Source: Felis catus
Taxonomy: Eukaryota
Direction of reading: 5' to 3'
Assembly: GCF_018350175.1 (NCBI RefSeq)
Contig: NC_058383.1
Location: 19,842,001 to 19,906,000 of the forward strand
DNA: 64,000 bases
The notes below the pieces were generated by a model. The model was given only the letters and a program-made list of their open reading frames with translations. It searched no databases and was not told where the DNA came from. The position numbers were made by a program, and so were the translations under genes. The first letter of the stretch is position 1. Every line of letters starts with the position of its first letter. Positions 48,061-59,871 of the stretch are shown piece by piece.

Positions 48061-51000
48061 AGTACCATCCGGACGGAGGCTGACAACCCTGGAGGGCCAA
48101 CAGGACCTGGGTGGGGCTGTCACTGGAGCCTGCTAGAGTTGCCTCGTCTGCGGGCTCATGGCCCCTCAGGCCGTGGCGAGGATTCAGTGAGGCCAGTAAG
48201 CGCTCAGCAAGCCCGAAGTACCCGGAGCCTCCCCCAAGCTCCCCCGAGATTGTGGCAGGACCGGCTTGGAGACCCTGTGTCTCACGCTCTGGGGGCTTCA
48301 GGCTGTGGGGCGTGGAGAGGTCAAGGCCCCCAGAGTGTCTGTCCACCTTGTCCGCCTCAGGCGGCACACAAGTACTGGCCCGGGGGGGGGGGGTCTCAGG
48401 AGACCACCAGAGGGAGACCAGCGCCCCTCCAGGCAAGACGGAAGGGGGTCCCTCCCGGTCAGCCGAGGCCACCCTGAGCACAGAACACGCAGGGCGGTAA
48501 GCAGTCTGTGGGAATTACTGTCTCCGTTCAGCACGTGACTGAGAGGGTTTCTGGGATGGGAGACCTTCCTGAACGGTCCCGAGCAGCCTGAGGCGGCCGT
48601 CCTAACCCGAGCTGGAGTCCTATGTAGTCAAAATGACCCCTGAAAACCCGCTTCACCTGTCAGGCCCACAGGTTTGTGAAGACATTCCTCCCCGGACCTT
48701 CTGAGGCACGCACACTCCAGCTTGGGAACCGTCTGGTGAGACCCAGGGTCGTGGGCAGTGCGTTCTCAGATGCCCGGGCTGGCCTGCCAGGCCCGCGGGC
48801 CCCAAACTACCAGCAAGTCCTTGGTGGTGTGGGCTCTGGGGTCAGACAGACATGGACCCCCCACCCCCCCCACCCCAGGCCCTGTCTCCTCCCGGCCGCC
48901 ATGTCAGGTTATCCAAGCCTCCTCAACCCGGTTTCCTCTTTTGAGAAAGGGGGCCAGTAAATGCCGGCTCTCGATATCCTGGAGGTCAGGGAGCGTGTCA
49001 GGGAGGTCAGGGAGGTTTTGACCCTGCTGAGCCCTCGGGCTGCCGAACACACAAACGTAAAGCATCCAGAGCAGTGACTGATGCTTGGGAAGTTCACTAG
49101 GTTTAATTACCCCTAGTATCCTGTGGTGACGCAAAACCTTTATCATCAACGTAAGGCGAGCTGGAGTCGCTCATTTTGGGGGCGGGTTAAATGAGAGGGT
49201 AGGGTTATATCTTAGCCAGGTGCTGAGTCCTAAAGCCAGAAGGAGGCTGAACGGGCGCTGGGTGGGACTCTGGTGCTGGGGTGGGGAACCCTGGCAGACG
49301 AAGTGCTTATTAAGTCCCAAGTTACAGATGAGGACGCTGAGTCTCAGTGAGCAGAAGGAGATCTCCGAAGGCCACCATGGCTGGCACACAGCAGCCAGAT
49401 CTTCTGGCTCCCGGTCTAGTCTACTCTGAGGGGCACCCGAGCGTAACAGGTTTGCAGATAGGGACACGGGTTCTCCGACAGGGGAAGCGGTGCCTGAGCC
49501 ACGGACCAAGCGGGGGGCAGCGCTTGAGGGAGAAGCCACTTGTGTCACGGAAGGGCCGGTGTGGGACACCGTGGGAGCTGCGTGCTCAGGGACACAGGGA
49601 GTGGCAGCATGGCAGAGCGGGACTGGGAGGGCCCCGCCAGCCTCCGCCCCCCCGGCACGCTGGATGTGTGACCCTAGGCACCTCAGTCTCCCTGTTTGTA
49701 AAGGGAGGCCACACTATCAACTGCCTCTCTCTCTGGGCTTTTGGGGTGCAGGTGGGGAGCCCCCGTCTCCAAGCTCCCGGTGGAGAAAACATTGCCAGGG
49801 TACTTAACCATCACCCAGTCTGCAGATGGGGCCCTGGCTGCCCGCCCTGTGTCTCTGCGGGGCTTCTGGATTAACCCCCAACCGGTCGCTCCCGGGCAGA
49901 GGGCACCAGCAAGGGGCTTGGTTGGCCCTGAGTTAGCACAGCCAGGGCCGTCCTTGGAAAGAGGCCACTGCTGAAGGGTCAGCTTCCTTTTCACCAAATT
50001 ATTCCTCCACGTTCACAGAGTGGAGGAATTATTGGCAGAAAATGAGGATATAAAACCCCGCTAGAGCCGCGCACCTTTTAGGGGCACTGAATTCTGAGAG
50101 CTTGGAAGCACTCCAGCAGATTGGTTCATTTTTAATGGTCTAGGACTGTAGTTCATCTGTTTAATTCAAACGAGGTGACATAATATCTTTCATTTGGACT
50201 TATTACCAGCACGGTGGTGATTCGGCTCCCAGCATTCTCCAGGCAGGATATTCTGTCATTACCGCACATTTTCTTTTTCTGGCCAAATTGAAAGTCCGCG
50301 GGAAGGGCTGCAGCCTTGGAAAGGAGAGATCAACCGAGAATAGGTCACATCGGGTATTAAGGAATGAAAATGAATTCATTCTTTCCTCCGTTGAATAAGC
50401 AGCTGTACTTGCGTCTCTGTGATCCATGAAATAGGCTGTCAGGAAAATTGGAAATGGGCTGCGTTTGAACTTCACCCGCCGACTCTGCCCCGTCACCTTG
50501 GAGACTGGTTCTGCGGCCAGGGCAGGGGCAGGGGCAAGAGGGGGCGCTCACTTCTATGGGGCACCCACCATATGCCAGACGCCTGGCTTCAGTGGTCCCA
50601 GAGGGGGACCCCCCCTGAGTATCCCCATTCTGTAGATGAGGACAACAAGGCTCAGAAAGATCCAGGGACTTGCCTGAGGTCACTGAGGCACAGAAGGAGC
50701 ACAGACCCTGGGTCTGAGGTGCCCAACATTACGGACTTGAACTTGGCCCGGAGAACCTCAAAGCCCCGCCTTCCCCAGGCAGGCTGCTCAACATCAGGTG
50801 TCAGCTTCCCCCATGATGGAAATATGCGCGGCGAGGGTTACGTGGGGGAATGAACACGGTGAACTTGGCGTGGGGCTCCCTGCAGAGTGATAGCTCCCAA
50901 AGGTCTTTGTTATTATGGGCTTTCGCCTTCACATGCCTCAGATGACGGAGCACCAAGAAGGGAGCCTGGAAACAAGTGACCTGCCCTAAGACCCAGTGCA

Positions 51001-51279
51001 GGTGGTCACGGGGCTGCAAGCTGGCCTTGGAGTGACCCAACAGTCCCTGTTCCTTCTGCTGCACTGGGTAGTAGAAAGTCTGGGGTGGGGAGGGGCTTTT
51101 GAGAGGTTTATAATGGAAATACCCCCCATCTGCTTTATCTCCCTCCAGAAGACCCTTCCCCAGCCCTGTGTACTTGACTCAGTTATTGTGTTCCTCGTTT
51201 GTCTCGCACGCAGCCTGGCATTTGTGTGAGGGAGGGCGATTTGATCAGCTTGCTGTTGTACCCCCGATGCCTAGAACCC

Positions 51280-51522
51280 GGGCTGGGGATGGGTAGGGTG
51301 GGTGAGGCAGGTCCTCCAAGCACAGGCTTAGAATCCTCTCTGTGGTTAAAATTTTGATATTTTGTTCATCGTAGATGCTTTTGCATTCGTTTTTGTTTTT
51401 AATAATATTGCATAAAAATTTTGGTTATCTAGATTGCTGAGTTTTTTTTTTTTTTCAATCACTCTCCTAAGTTTAGCCCCTGAGTTGAGTTCCTCACTTG
51501 CCTCACCCTGGTCCCAGCTCTG
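51280..51522. mobile_element. MER96B-like hAT element
   Basis: Inverted termini gggtgaggca...tgcctcaccctggtcccag; aaaattttgatattttgttcatc core. Confidence 0.65.
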
Positions 51523-52389
51523 CCTAGAATGGTGTCTGTCACCTCCTTATATTCAATAAAGATGTATAGAATGATTGATGTCCTATTAGGTCTCCAGACA
51601 TTTTCTAGGTCCCTGGAGAAGTCTTCAGTGGGTGTTCCAGGCTCTTTGTATCTGAAGGAAGCGAGAGCCCCAAAGGGAGCTTTTACTTGGCTCCAGAATC
51701 TGGGGAACAGCTGAGATTTTCTGCTCCCGGTGAGAATAAAGGCGTGTCTCTTCCAGGATCTGATTGCGGAACCAATGGGAGCCCGGACCTTGACAGCTGC
51801 CCAATGGCAGAATGGAATGCAAGAAATCCACGGGGCTCTGGAAACCTAGGCGGAATGGCGTGCCTTCATTAGGGACCACCGCACCTTTCCCCCTCCTGGA
51901 TGTTTCTTGCAATGAAAAGCCACATCGAGTTGCGCTGACGCTCATTAGCGTAATGAGATCTGGCTTTGCGGTGCTGCTAACCCCCTTCTCTCATCTGGAG
52001 CACATCTGGGCTGAACCAGGGTGTGGTCTGCTGTGATACCTGATGCTCCATTTCGATGAAATAGCGGATCTTGCCTCTACCTTTGGCTTTATTTCCCACC
52101 AAAGCTGAGGTTCCGTCGAGATGCATTTTTCTAATTAAGGCAGGAGTAAGAAATAACCTCCTATATAATTTAAAATGGTAAAATCATCGATACCTTTTCC
52201 AGCCACAGCTTTAAATCTTAGCCACCAATGACTCCCCTATTAACGGGCCTAATTAAATCCATTTTTCAGGACGTCTTTGGCAAATTCCATTTTAGCAAAA
52301 CTGTAGGAAGTTCAGTTTGATTTGTCTCTGCTCCCCAGGGCTCTCTTGTAAAAACGAGGAAGGGATGGATGCCTGTCTCTTGTGGCTTC

Positions 52390-53900
52390 TGTTCATTGAT
52401 TCACTCGGCAAATATTTACTGAGCACCTACTATGTGCATTGGCATTAAACTAGGAAAGGAGGAGGGGGAAGTGAAAAGACAGTCAGTTTCCTATTCCAGT
52501 GGCCAGAGGGGAATGGAGGTCACTTGTTCATTCAACAAACATGTATTGAGTCTACTGACAGGGGAGTCCCTGTGCCAAAGCCCTGGTATCACGGTGATGA
52601 GGTGCTACAGTTCATATTCAGTGTGGTAAATGCTCTGATAGGCTTGAGTAGAGGGGACTGTGGGAGCTCAGACTGGGAAGCTGAGGGTCCGGAAGATTCC
52701 CTGGAGCTGAGTTTTAAGGGACATGTAGGTGTCAGCCATGTGAAGCCAAGAGAGAAGGAGGTGTTATAGGAGCAAAGGTGGATGGGCCAAGAGTAAAAAC
52801 TGAGGGTAGGGTACTGAGAGCATCTGCTACTGGAGGGATCTCATTTTTTTTCCAGCCCGAAAAGAATTTGTCATGATTGAATGGTGAGGATGAGTGAGAG
52901 GGAGAGGCTGAAAATACAAGGAAGAGAGGAGATCACTGATGGAGAGCGGGCCAGGAAGAGATGGAAGGTGTTGTGAATAAGAAAGAATGCAAGTGGAGGG
53001 CTTGGTTGAAATGGTAGGAGGCTGTGGTTGGTAAGTAGGAGGCTGGGATTCAAGCTCAAGCATGAGGTTGAGCATGTCGGGGACATGGATGTGGGCGGCT
53101 GAAGTGGATGGAAAGTGAAGTCCATTGGAATGGGGAGGCTAAGGGCCAGAGGTGAAGATGGGGACTGGTCCATTCACATTGGACATCAAAGTCCCCAGGG
53201 ACTTGGGGGTGGAGAAGACTAAATCAACTGCCAAAGTTGTTAATGAATATTAAACATGACCATGTAGGGGCCCCTGGGTGGCTCAGTCGGTTGAGCATCT
53301 GACTTCGGCTCAGGTCATGATCTCGCTGGGTTCGTGAGTTCGAGCCCTGTGCTGGGCTCTGTGCTGACAGCTCAGAGTCTGGAGCCTCCTTCAGATTCTG
53401 TGTCTCGTCCTCTCTCTGCCCCTCCCATGCTCATGCTCTGTCTCTCTCTGTCTCTCAATAATAAATAAACGTTAAAAAAATTAAAAAAAAAAACATGACC
53501 ATGTATCCCAGTCCCACTCACAGGGTAGGGTGAACCAAGGGTGTTTGTCAACCATTGGGTGCTGGATCTGGAGGGAGCCATGTTGGTCAGAACAACAGCT
53601 CAGTCCAAAGAGGCATTATCTAACTGGTGAGTCTGGCTGGAAGTCTTGGAAAGAATTCAGAGGACAGAGACGAAAAGGCAGAACAGAGAGTCTCATAGCC
53701 AAGGAGAGGCAGGAGGCCTCAACAGGAAACGGGGTCAGGAACCAGGGAAGTCCAGAAGAGGTCAATAGCTGAGTTCAAGATTATCTGAAGTACATGGTTC
53801 TGGATGAAGGCTGTGGATAAGGAGAGGAAATAAGGGCTCATGATTCTTGGGGGGACATGGGTAGTCAAAGAGATGGGCAAAGAGTGTAGGGTGCTGACTC
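52390..53900 (-). mobile_element. L2 LINE fragments, interrupted by a SINE
   Basis: ttcattgattcact...aaatatttactgagcacctactatgtgc L2 3' end followed by purine-rich L2-like body. Confidence 0.65.
53267..53490 (+). mobile_element. SINEC_Fc
   Basis: Perfect 15-bp TSD aaacatgaccatgta at 53252-53266 and 53491-53505. Confidence 0.96.
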
Positions 53901-54904
53901 CGCTTAGATGTTCCTTGAGGCTTCATACCTATGGAACCCCAAGGCTCCCTGGTATCCAGTCAGCCAACCGCTGATGAAAGGCACGGAGTTCAGACTCTGG
54001 AGTCAGATCGACCTGGGAACAGAGAGAGGAAGCTGGAGAACCACACGACCCTGGTGCCATAAAGGCCAAGGGGAGGAAAAGTTTAGCAGCTCCACTGCTG
54101 AATGTTGCTGAAACATCAGGCAAGGGAAGGAGGAAGGTTTTCACGATTCTCTCGTTTTCATGATGAAGACTTTGGAGAACGAGACAGAGTAAAGGCTTAT
54201 ATTATTCATACAGAAAGTTGGGGGCACAGCCTCCGGTGCCAGTTAGCTATGGCTGCGTAACAAAGATCTCTGACACGAAGACTTATTAGTTCTTATGTCT
54301 GCAGTTTGGTTGCGGTATTCTGCTGATCTGGACCAGGCTTGGCTGGTCTTGAACAGACTCACTCATGGCCAGCTGGTAGACCGGCCCGGGGCTAGCTGGT
54401 CTAGGATGGCCTCAGCTGGAACAGCCTGCTGGCGTTCCCTGCGGTCTAATCCTCCAGGAGGCTAGCCCCGTGGTTACGGCCCAGGCAGAGGGAACGGCAT
54501 GTGCAAAGACCCCGAGGTGGGAGCAAGCTTGGCCGTTTGAGGAGGAGCGAGGAGGCCAGTGTGGCTGACAGCAGCATGCACAGGGAGGGGCAGCAGAGAT
54601 GAGATCAGAGAGCGAGTGCCACAAGGGGAATATCGTGAGCACCTTGTGGACCACGGTAAGGACGTAGGGTTTCTACTCTTATTATGATGATGACGCTTGT
54701 TTTCAGCCGTGTTGCCCCGGCTGACTCCACGTTGGCTTCCACTCCATGCCACAGGTTTTGCATTTCATCCAGCCGTGTTGCGGCGGACTTTGCTCCTCCC
54801 CTCCCCGTGCTGGCATTTCCCACCTCTTGGCCTCACTGCGTGATCCAAGACAGGTCAGTGTCCCGGGTCCAGAACTCGCAGACTCTTGCTCCTAAAAACC
54901 CCGT

Positions 54905-55125
54905 CCTCCAGGGCACGAGGTTGTGGCCTGCAGGCTACCTCTGGTCTGTTGCCTGTTTTCGCACAGAAAATTGTATCGGAAGGCAGCCACGCCCGTTCAT
55001 CCACCTGTCGTCTGTGGCCGCTTTTGTGTCACAATGGCGGAGCTGAGTAGGCGTGAAAGAGCTGTATGGCCCACAAAGCCCAGAATATTTATTGTCTGCT
55101 CCTTTGGAGATAAAGCTAAACCTTC
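54905..55125. mobile_element. MER58A-like hAT element
   Basis: cagccacgcccgttca...acaatggcggagctgagtag...tatggcccacaaagcc...aatatttatt. Confidence 0.8.
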
Positions 55126-55332
55126 TGGAACTTAAGAGGGAGCCCGTTGGATTCTCTTCTGCTTTGGAGGGTGGGGAAGTTGGGGGTCTGCGGAATTGCC
55201 TGAGGGTAGTGGAAGGTGGCAGCGTAGATAGACCTACCCTGCGCTCTGGTTTCCGGCATCTTGTCCCTCTGCTCCCTGCCTCCCTGGGCCGACAGAGTGA
55301 TGCTTCTGGGCCTGGACAGAGTGATGCTTCTG

Positions 55333-55720
55333 ACGTCTTAGTCTGCTCAGGCTGCCATGACAAAATAGCAGACTGGGTGGCTTACACTGCAGCCATTTGC
55401 GTCTCACGGTTTTGGCGGCTGGGGAGTCCAAGCTCAAGGTGGCAGCATGGTCAGCTTCCCGGGGAGGCTCTCTTCCTGGCTTGGCGATGGCCAGCTTCTC
55501 ACGGTGTCCTCGCATGGTAGAGGGGCGGGGTGGGGAGCACACGCCCTGTGGCTTCCTGTCCTTATAAGGACACTGATCTCATTATGGGGGCCCCATCTTC
55601 ATGACCCCATCTAGCCTGATGACCCCCCAAAGGCCCTGTTTCTAACACCATCACATTAGGGCTTAGGGCTTCAGCCCATGAACTGGTGGTGGGGGGGGCA
55701 CAAGCGTTCCATCCATCACC
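55333..55720 (-). mobile_element. MLT1 (MaLR) solo LTR
   Basis: gtcttagtctgctcaggctgccat...agactgggtggctta...cttataaggacactgatc...accatcacattaggg. Confidence 0.82.
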
Positions 55721-56949
55721 CTGAACATCTATTCTTTCTACCTGTGCCCTCTCTTGGAGCTAAAGGGGGGAGGCAGGGCAAGGTAGGTGCTGGTCAAGAG
55801 CATAGTCTCCGGAGTTATGCACACCCGAGTTCAAGTCTGCTGTAATCTGGGGCAAATCCCGGGACCTCAGTTTCCTTAGCGTAAGAGCTAATGGTAATTC
55901 CCACCTCTTTGGGGTGCTGGGAGCAGGGGCATTTCTGCAACCCCGGGCAGGATGCCTGATTTCAGAAAAGCAGGGGGGTGGGAAATCAATATCTCCAAGC
56001 TCGCAGCCAATAAAACCTCAGGAGTGGCAATTTCATCTGCACCGTGGCCGCCCGCATCACTAACAGTGTACTCAACACGAGGGTGGTGACGCGTTTGGGG
56101 TAAGGGAGGCTCGTAAAAATGACCGATGCAGATATTAACGATTTAATCTGCTAACGCGGCGTGGCCGCAGCCGAGAATCCTATTCGTCAGCATCCAGGAA
56201 CCCATCAGGAGGAGGCCGGGGGAGAGCACCGGGGCTGGTGCGGGGATGTGGTCCGAATGAAGATGAATCGCTGAGCGCGGTATCGATTTGCCTTGCCTGG
56301 AACGGCCGCTTTCTGTTTGGAAATATGGAAAGCAAATTAATGAATAAATGAGCTGGCTCAGTGGCCCGCGCCCCGCTGGGAGCCCCGGTCTCTAAGCCAC
56401 GTAGGCCGACGGGCTCTGAGCAGAGACCGAGAAAGGTAGCGTTTACCGAGAGGGACAGCGTGGCTTGGTGCGGTGGCCTGAGAACCCGCGGCCGGAAAGG
56501 CTTTGGAAAGCAGCGGCAGGTGTCCTGGGGTCAGACAGATTCTTCATTGAATTTTGGCTCTGCCTCCTTCTAGCTGTGGGGTCCCTAAAATCCATGTAAT
56601 CTCTCTGAACTGGAGTTTCTTCCATCGGCAGAAAGGGGGCAGAAGGGGATCAATGGAAGATTGTATTAAATCGCCTATGTTTTATATTGGCCGTACCTCT
56701 TCTGCGCTGTGAGATATCGGGCAAGTTTTCTGACCTCTCTGTGCTTCACATGTCCCTTCTATCATATGGACATAACAGCACCCATCCCTGGGACACAGTG
56801 TGGAGGCAATGGTAGCTTTTATGAGTACTCATCATTTGACCAATATTAAGCACTTACTATGTGCCAATTACTGTTCTAGGTGCCTGACGTAGAGCTATGT
56901 AGAAAACACAGTGACCTCCCTTCTCTCATTATTTATTATTTAGAAATAT

Positions 56950-57930
56950 AGCCTATGGCTATCCAAGTGCTCCAGCGCCATTTATTGAAAAAAATATCTT
57001 TCCTCAATTGAACGGCCTTTGCACTTTTGTCAAAAATCAGTTAACTGTACCAGTGTGTGGCTATTTCTGCGTTTTCTATTCTGTTCCTTTTTTCTATGTG
57101 TCTGTCGCTCTAGCAATAACACAGTGTCTTGATTTTTGTATACTGTTTTTTTTTTTAAATTTATTTTGAGAGAGCGCATGCGCACATGTGTGGGGGCAGG
57201 GGCAGAGAGAAGGCGGGGAGTGGGAATCCCAAGCAGGCTCCCTACCAGCAGTGCTGAGCCTGACATGCGGTTCAAATTCACGGACTGTGAGATCACGACC
57301 TGGGTCAAGTCCAAGAGTCTGATACTTAACCAGCTGAGCCACCCAGGTGACCCTGTATAGTAAGTCTTAAAAGTGGGTAGTATGGCTCCTCCCACTTGGG
57401 TCTTTTTCAAAATGCTCAAATTCTAGTTTCTTGCCTTTCCGTATATGTTTTAGAATCAGCTTGCCTATATCTACAAAAAAAATCTTGCTGGGATTTTGAT
57501 AGGAGTTATGCTAAACTTGTATATATCAATTTGGGGAGAATGGACATCTTTACTATGCTGAGTCTTCTGATCCATGAATACGGTATATCTCTCCATTTAT
57601 TCAGATCTCCTTTGATTTCTTTCATCAACATTTTGTGGTTTGCAGCATAGAATCCTTGTAATATTGTGCTGGATTTATGCCTAAGCATTTCATTTTTCTG
57701 AGCAATCGTAAATGGTACTTAATTTCCATTCCTACTTGTTCAGTGCTAGTATATAGAAATGCAATTGATCTTTGTGTGTTACTCTTGTAACCTATGACTT
57801 TGCTGAACTTATTAGTTCTTGGAGTGCGAGTGTGTGTGTGTGCGTGAGTGCAGATCCCTTGGAATTTTCCACATAATCACGTCATCTGCAAATTGCAGAG
57901 TTTCGTTTCTTCCTTTCTCATCTATATGCT
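56950..57930 (-). mobile_element. L1 ORF2 fragment (post-RT region) with a nested SINE at 57146-57353
   Basis: ORF 57506-57688(-) contains LMKEIKGDLNKWRDIPYSWIRRLSIVKMSILPKLIY, a hallmark L1 ORF2 peptide. Confidence 0.92.
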
Positions 57931-59650
57931 GGAATTGACTATTATTACATCAGAAGTCCTACACCCAAATGTCTGAAGGGGACTATGGCAAATGGGGGGG
58001 GGGTCCATGCCAGTCAAGAGGGGCTGCTACTACCCAGCTATGTGGGTCCAGATCTCTAGACTGTTCAAAGAGATTTTTGATGTTAGCTTGTCTGATATTT
58101 AACTGTTGATAAGTTATTCAAATATTTAAACAGCTGTCGGGCCACACAAAACACATCTGTGGGCTGGAGTGAGTTTGCATCAGTTTGCAACCTGGCACAA
58201 CATGGGTGTTCTGTAAACAGAAGCACCTGTGCCTGCTGCCTGATGTCTCAGGTGGGCGGTGCTTCAGGGACGTGTCGGGCTGCAGGGGCTGGCTGTGTGC
58301 CCCGGATTCCCAGGATGGATGAGAAGGCCTAAGGGAAAGCTGTGTCCGAAGGTCATGTCTGGGATTCTCGGGGCTTAGACGCACCAGGCTCCTGCTTCAG
58401 TGTCTCTCCAGAGGCAAAACAGCTGTGCCGCAGGTCGGTGAGTGGGTGTGTGTGGCTGCAGAGGAATCGGGAATGAGGGCTGGTGGCTAACGGTGAGGGG
58501 GGTGGAGTCAGGACGGGACCAGACAAAACGTGGGAAAACCACAGAAAGTGGCTGGGCTGTCCGGGTGCAAAATGGGAGACGTGGCAGGAGGGAATGAACG
58601 AGGACGGAGCATCTCTAACGTGCTGAATATAATGCTAGGTTGGTCCCTCGCTCCCTCCTCCCCTCCCTGCTGCCCTCCTTCCTTCCACCCTGCCCTCCTT
58701 CCTTCCTTCCGTGCGACATGTATTTACGCCAGGCCCTGGGCCATGCACTTGTCTCCCATGTATTCCTTACATATTCCTAAAACATAGGCATCACCCCTCC
58801 ATTTCACAAATGAGGGGACGAAGTTACAGAGAGGGTAAGTGACTTGCCTGGGGTCCCAGAGCTGACCTCACAGTCTGTGCTCTTTGCACTACGTCCACCT
58901 CGCTGTCTCACAAAGGGCACAAGAGACCCCTCCGGTGTGTTGTGACAGTCCAGTTCCCAGAGCTCTGGCTGGGGGTGGGACAGGGGTGGGGGTGGGGTGC
59001 AGCAGGAGCCGTGGCCACTGGGTCGGTGATTCGGGCCGACCACGAGCTCGGCTGTCTATCAAATGGCACGTGCCACCGCAGGAGGAGAGCCCGGGACCAC
59101 TGTCCTTCGGTAACTCCTCTACAAAGAGACAAGAAGGGATCAGCCAGTGCCCGAGGGTCTTAACCACATTCCCACTCCCGGAGAGGCTGGTGGCGAAGGA
59201 GGCCGCGGTACAGGGCTAAGGGAGGCTTTGTACCAGGATGTGGATGGGAGGTGTGACCCCAAAACCCGCCAGATAGGCTGTGTGGAGCTGTGCGACCATG
59301 CCGCAGCTCCGGCTGATTGGCCTCCGGTGGGCAAGGTTGGATCTGAAGGATAGCTGGTGGCCCTTGGGACCTGCCACTGAGACTCTCCGGGGACAGACAC
59401 CCTCCCCAGGCCCCTACCGTGCCTTCTGATTTCAATCTGCTTCTTCATGGGTAACTATGCAAACAGTAGGAACTTAAGGGAGGAGCATGGCTTGAGGGAG
59501 AGTCAATTAATCAGGCCTCTCTGGATTACAAGTGGCAGAAACTCCGATTTTAACTTACTAAGAAAAAAGGGTATTCACTGCTTTGCATAGTCCAGAGCTC
59601 CAGGGGATCGAGTCTGCCTACAGGCATAGCTGAATCTGGAAGCTTGAACA

Positions 59651-59871
59651 GGGGAGCCTGGGTGGCTCTGTGGGTTGAGCGTGAACTTGGGCTCAGGTCA
59701 TGATCACGCGGTCCGTGAGTTCGAGTCCCGCATCGGACTCGGAGCCTGCTTCGGACTGTGTATGTGTGTGTCTTTCCCTCTCCATGCGCCTTCCCGCTTG
59801 CACTCTGTGTCTCTCTCTCCCTCTCTCTCTCTCTCAGAAATAAATAAAAACATTAAAAAATTAGAAAAAAA
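59651..59871 (+). mobile_element. SINEC with internal deletion, inside an old MLT1-like LTR
   Basis: Head ggggagcctgggtggctc, B-box, CT region, A tail; imperfect TSD aagct(tg/ct)aaca. Confidence 0.88.

Noticed and set aside
48404..48418. CTCF-like CCACCAGAGGGAGAC
   Set aside because: A single motif with a core mismatch in probably repeat-derived GC-rich sequence; such matches are common by chance.
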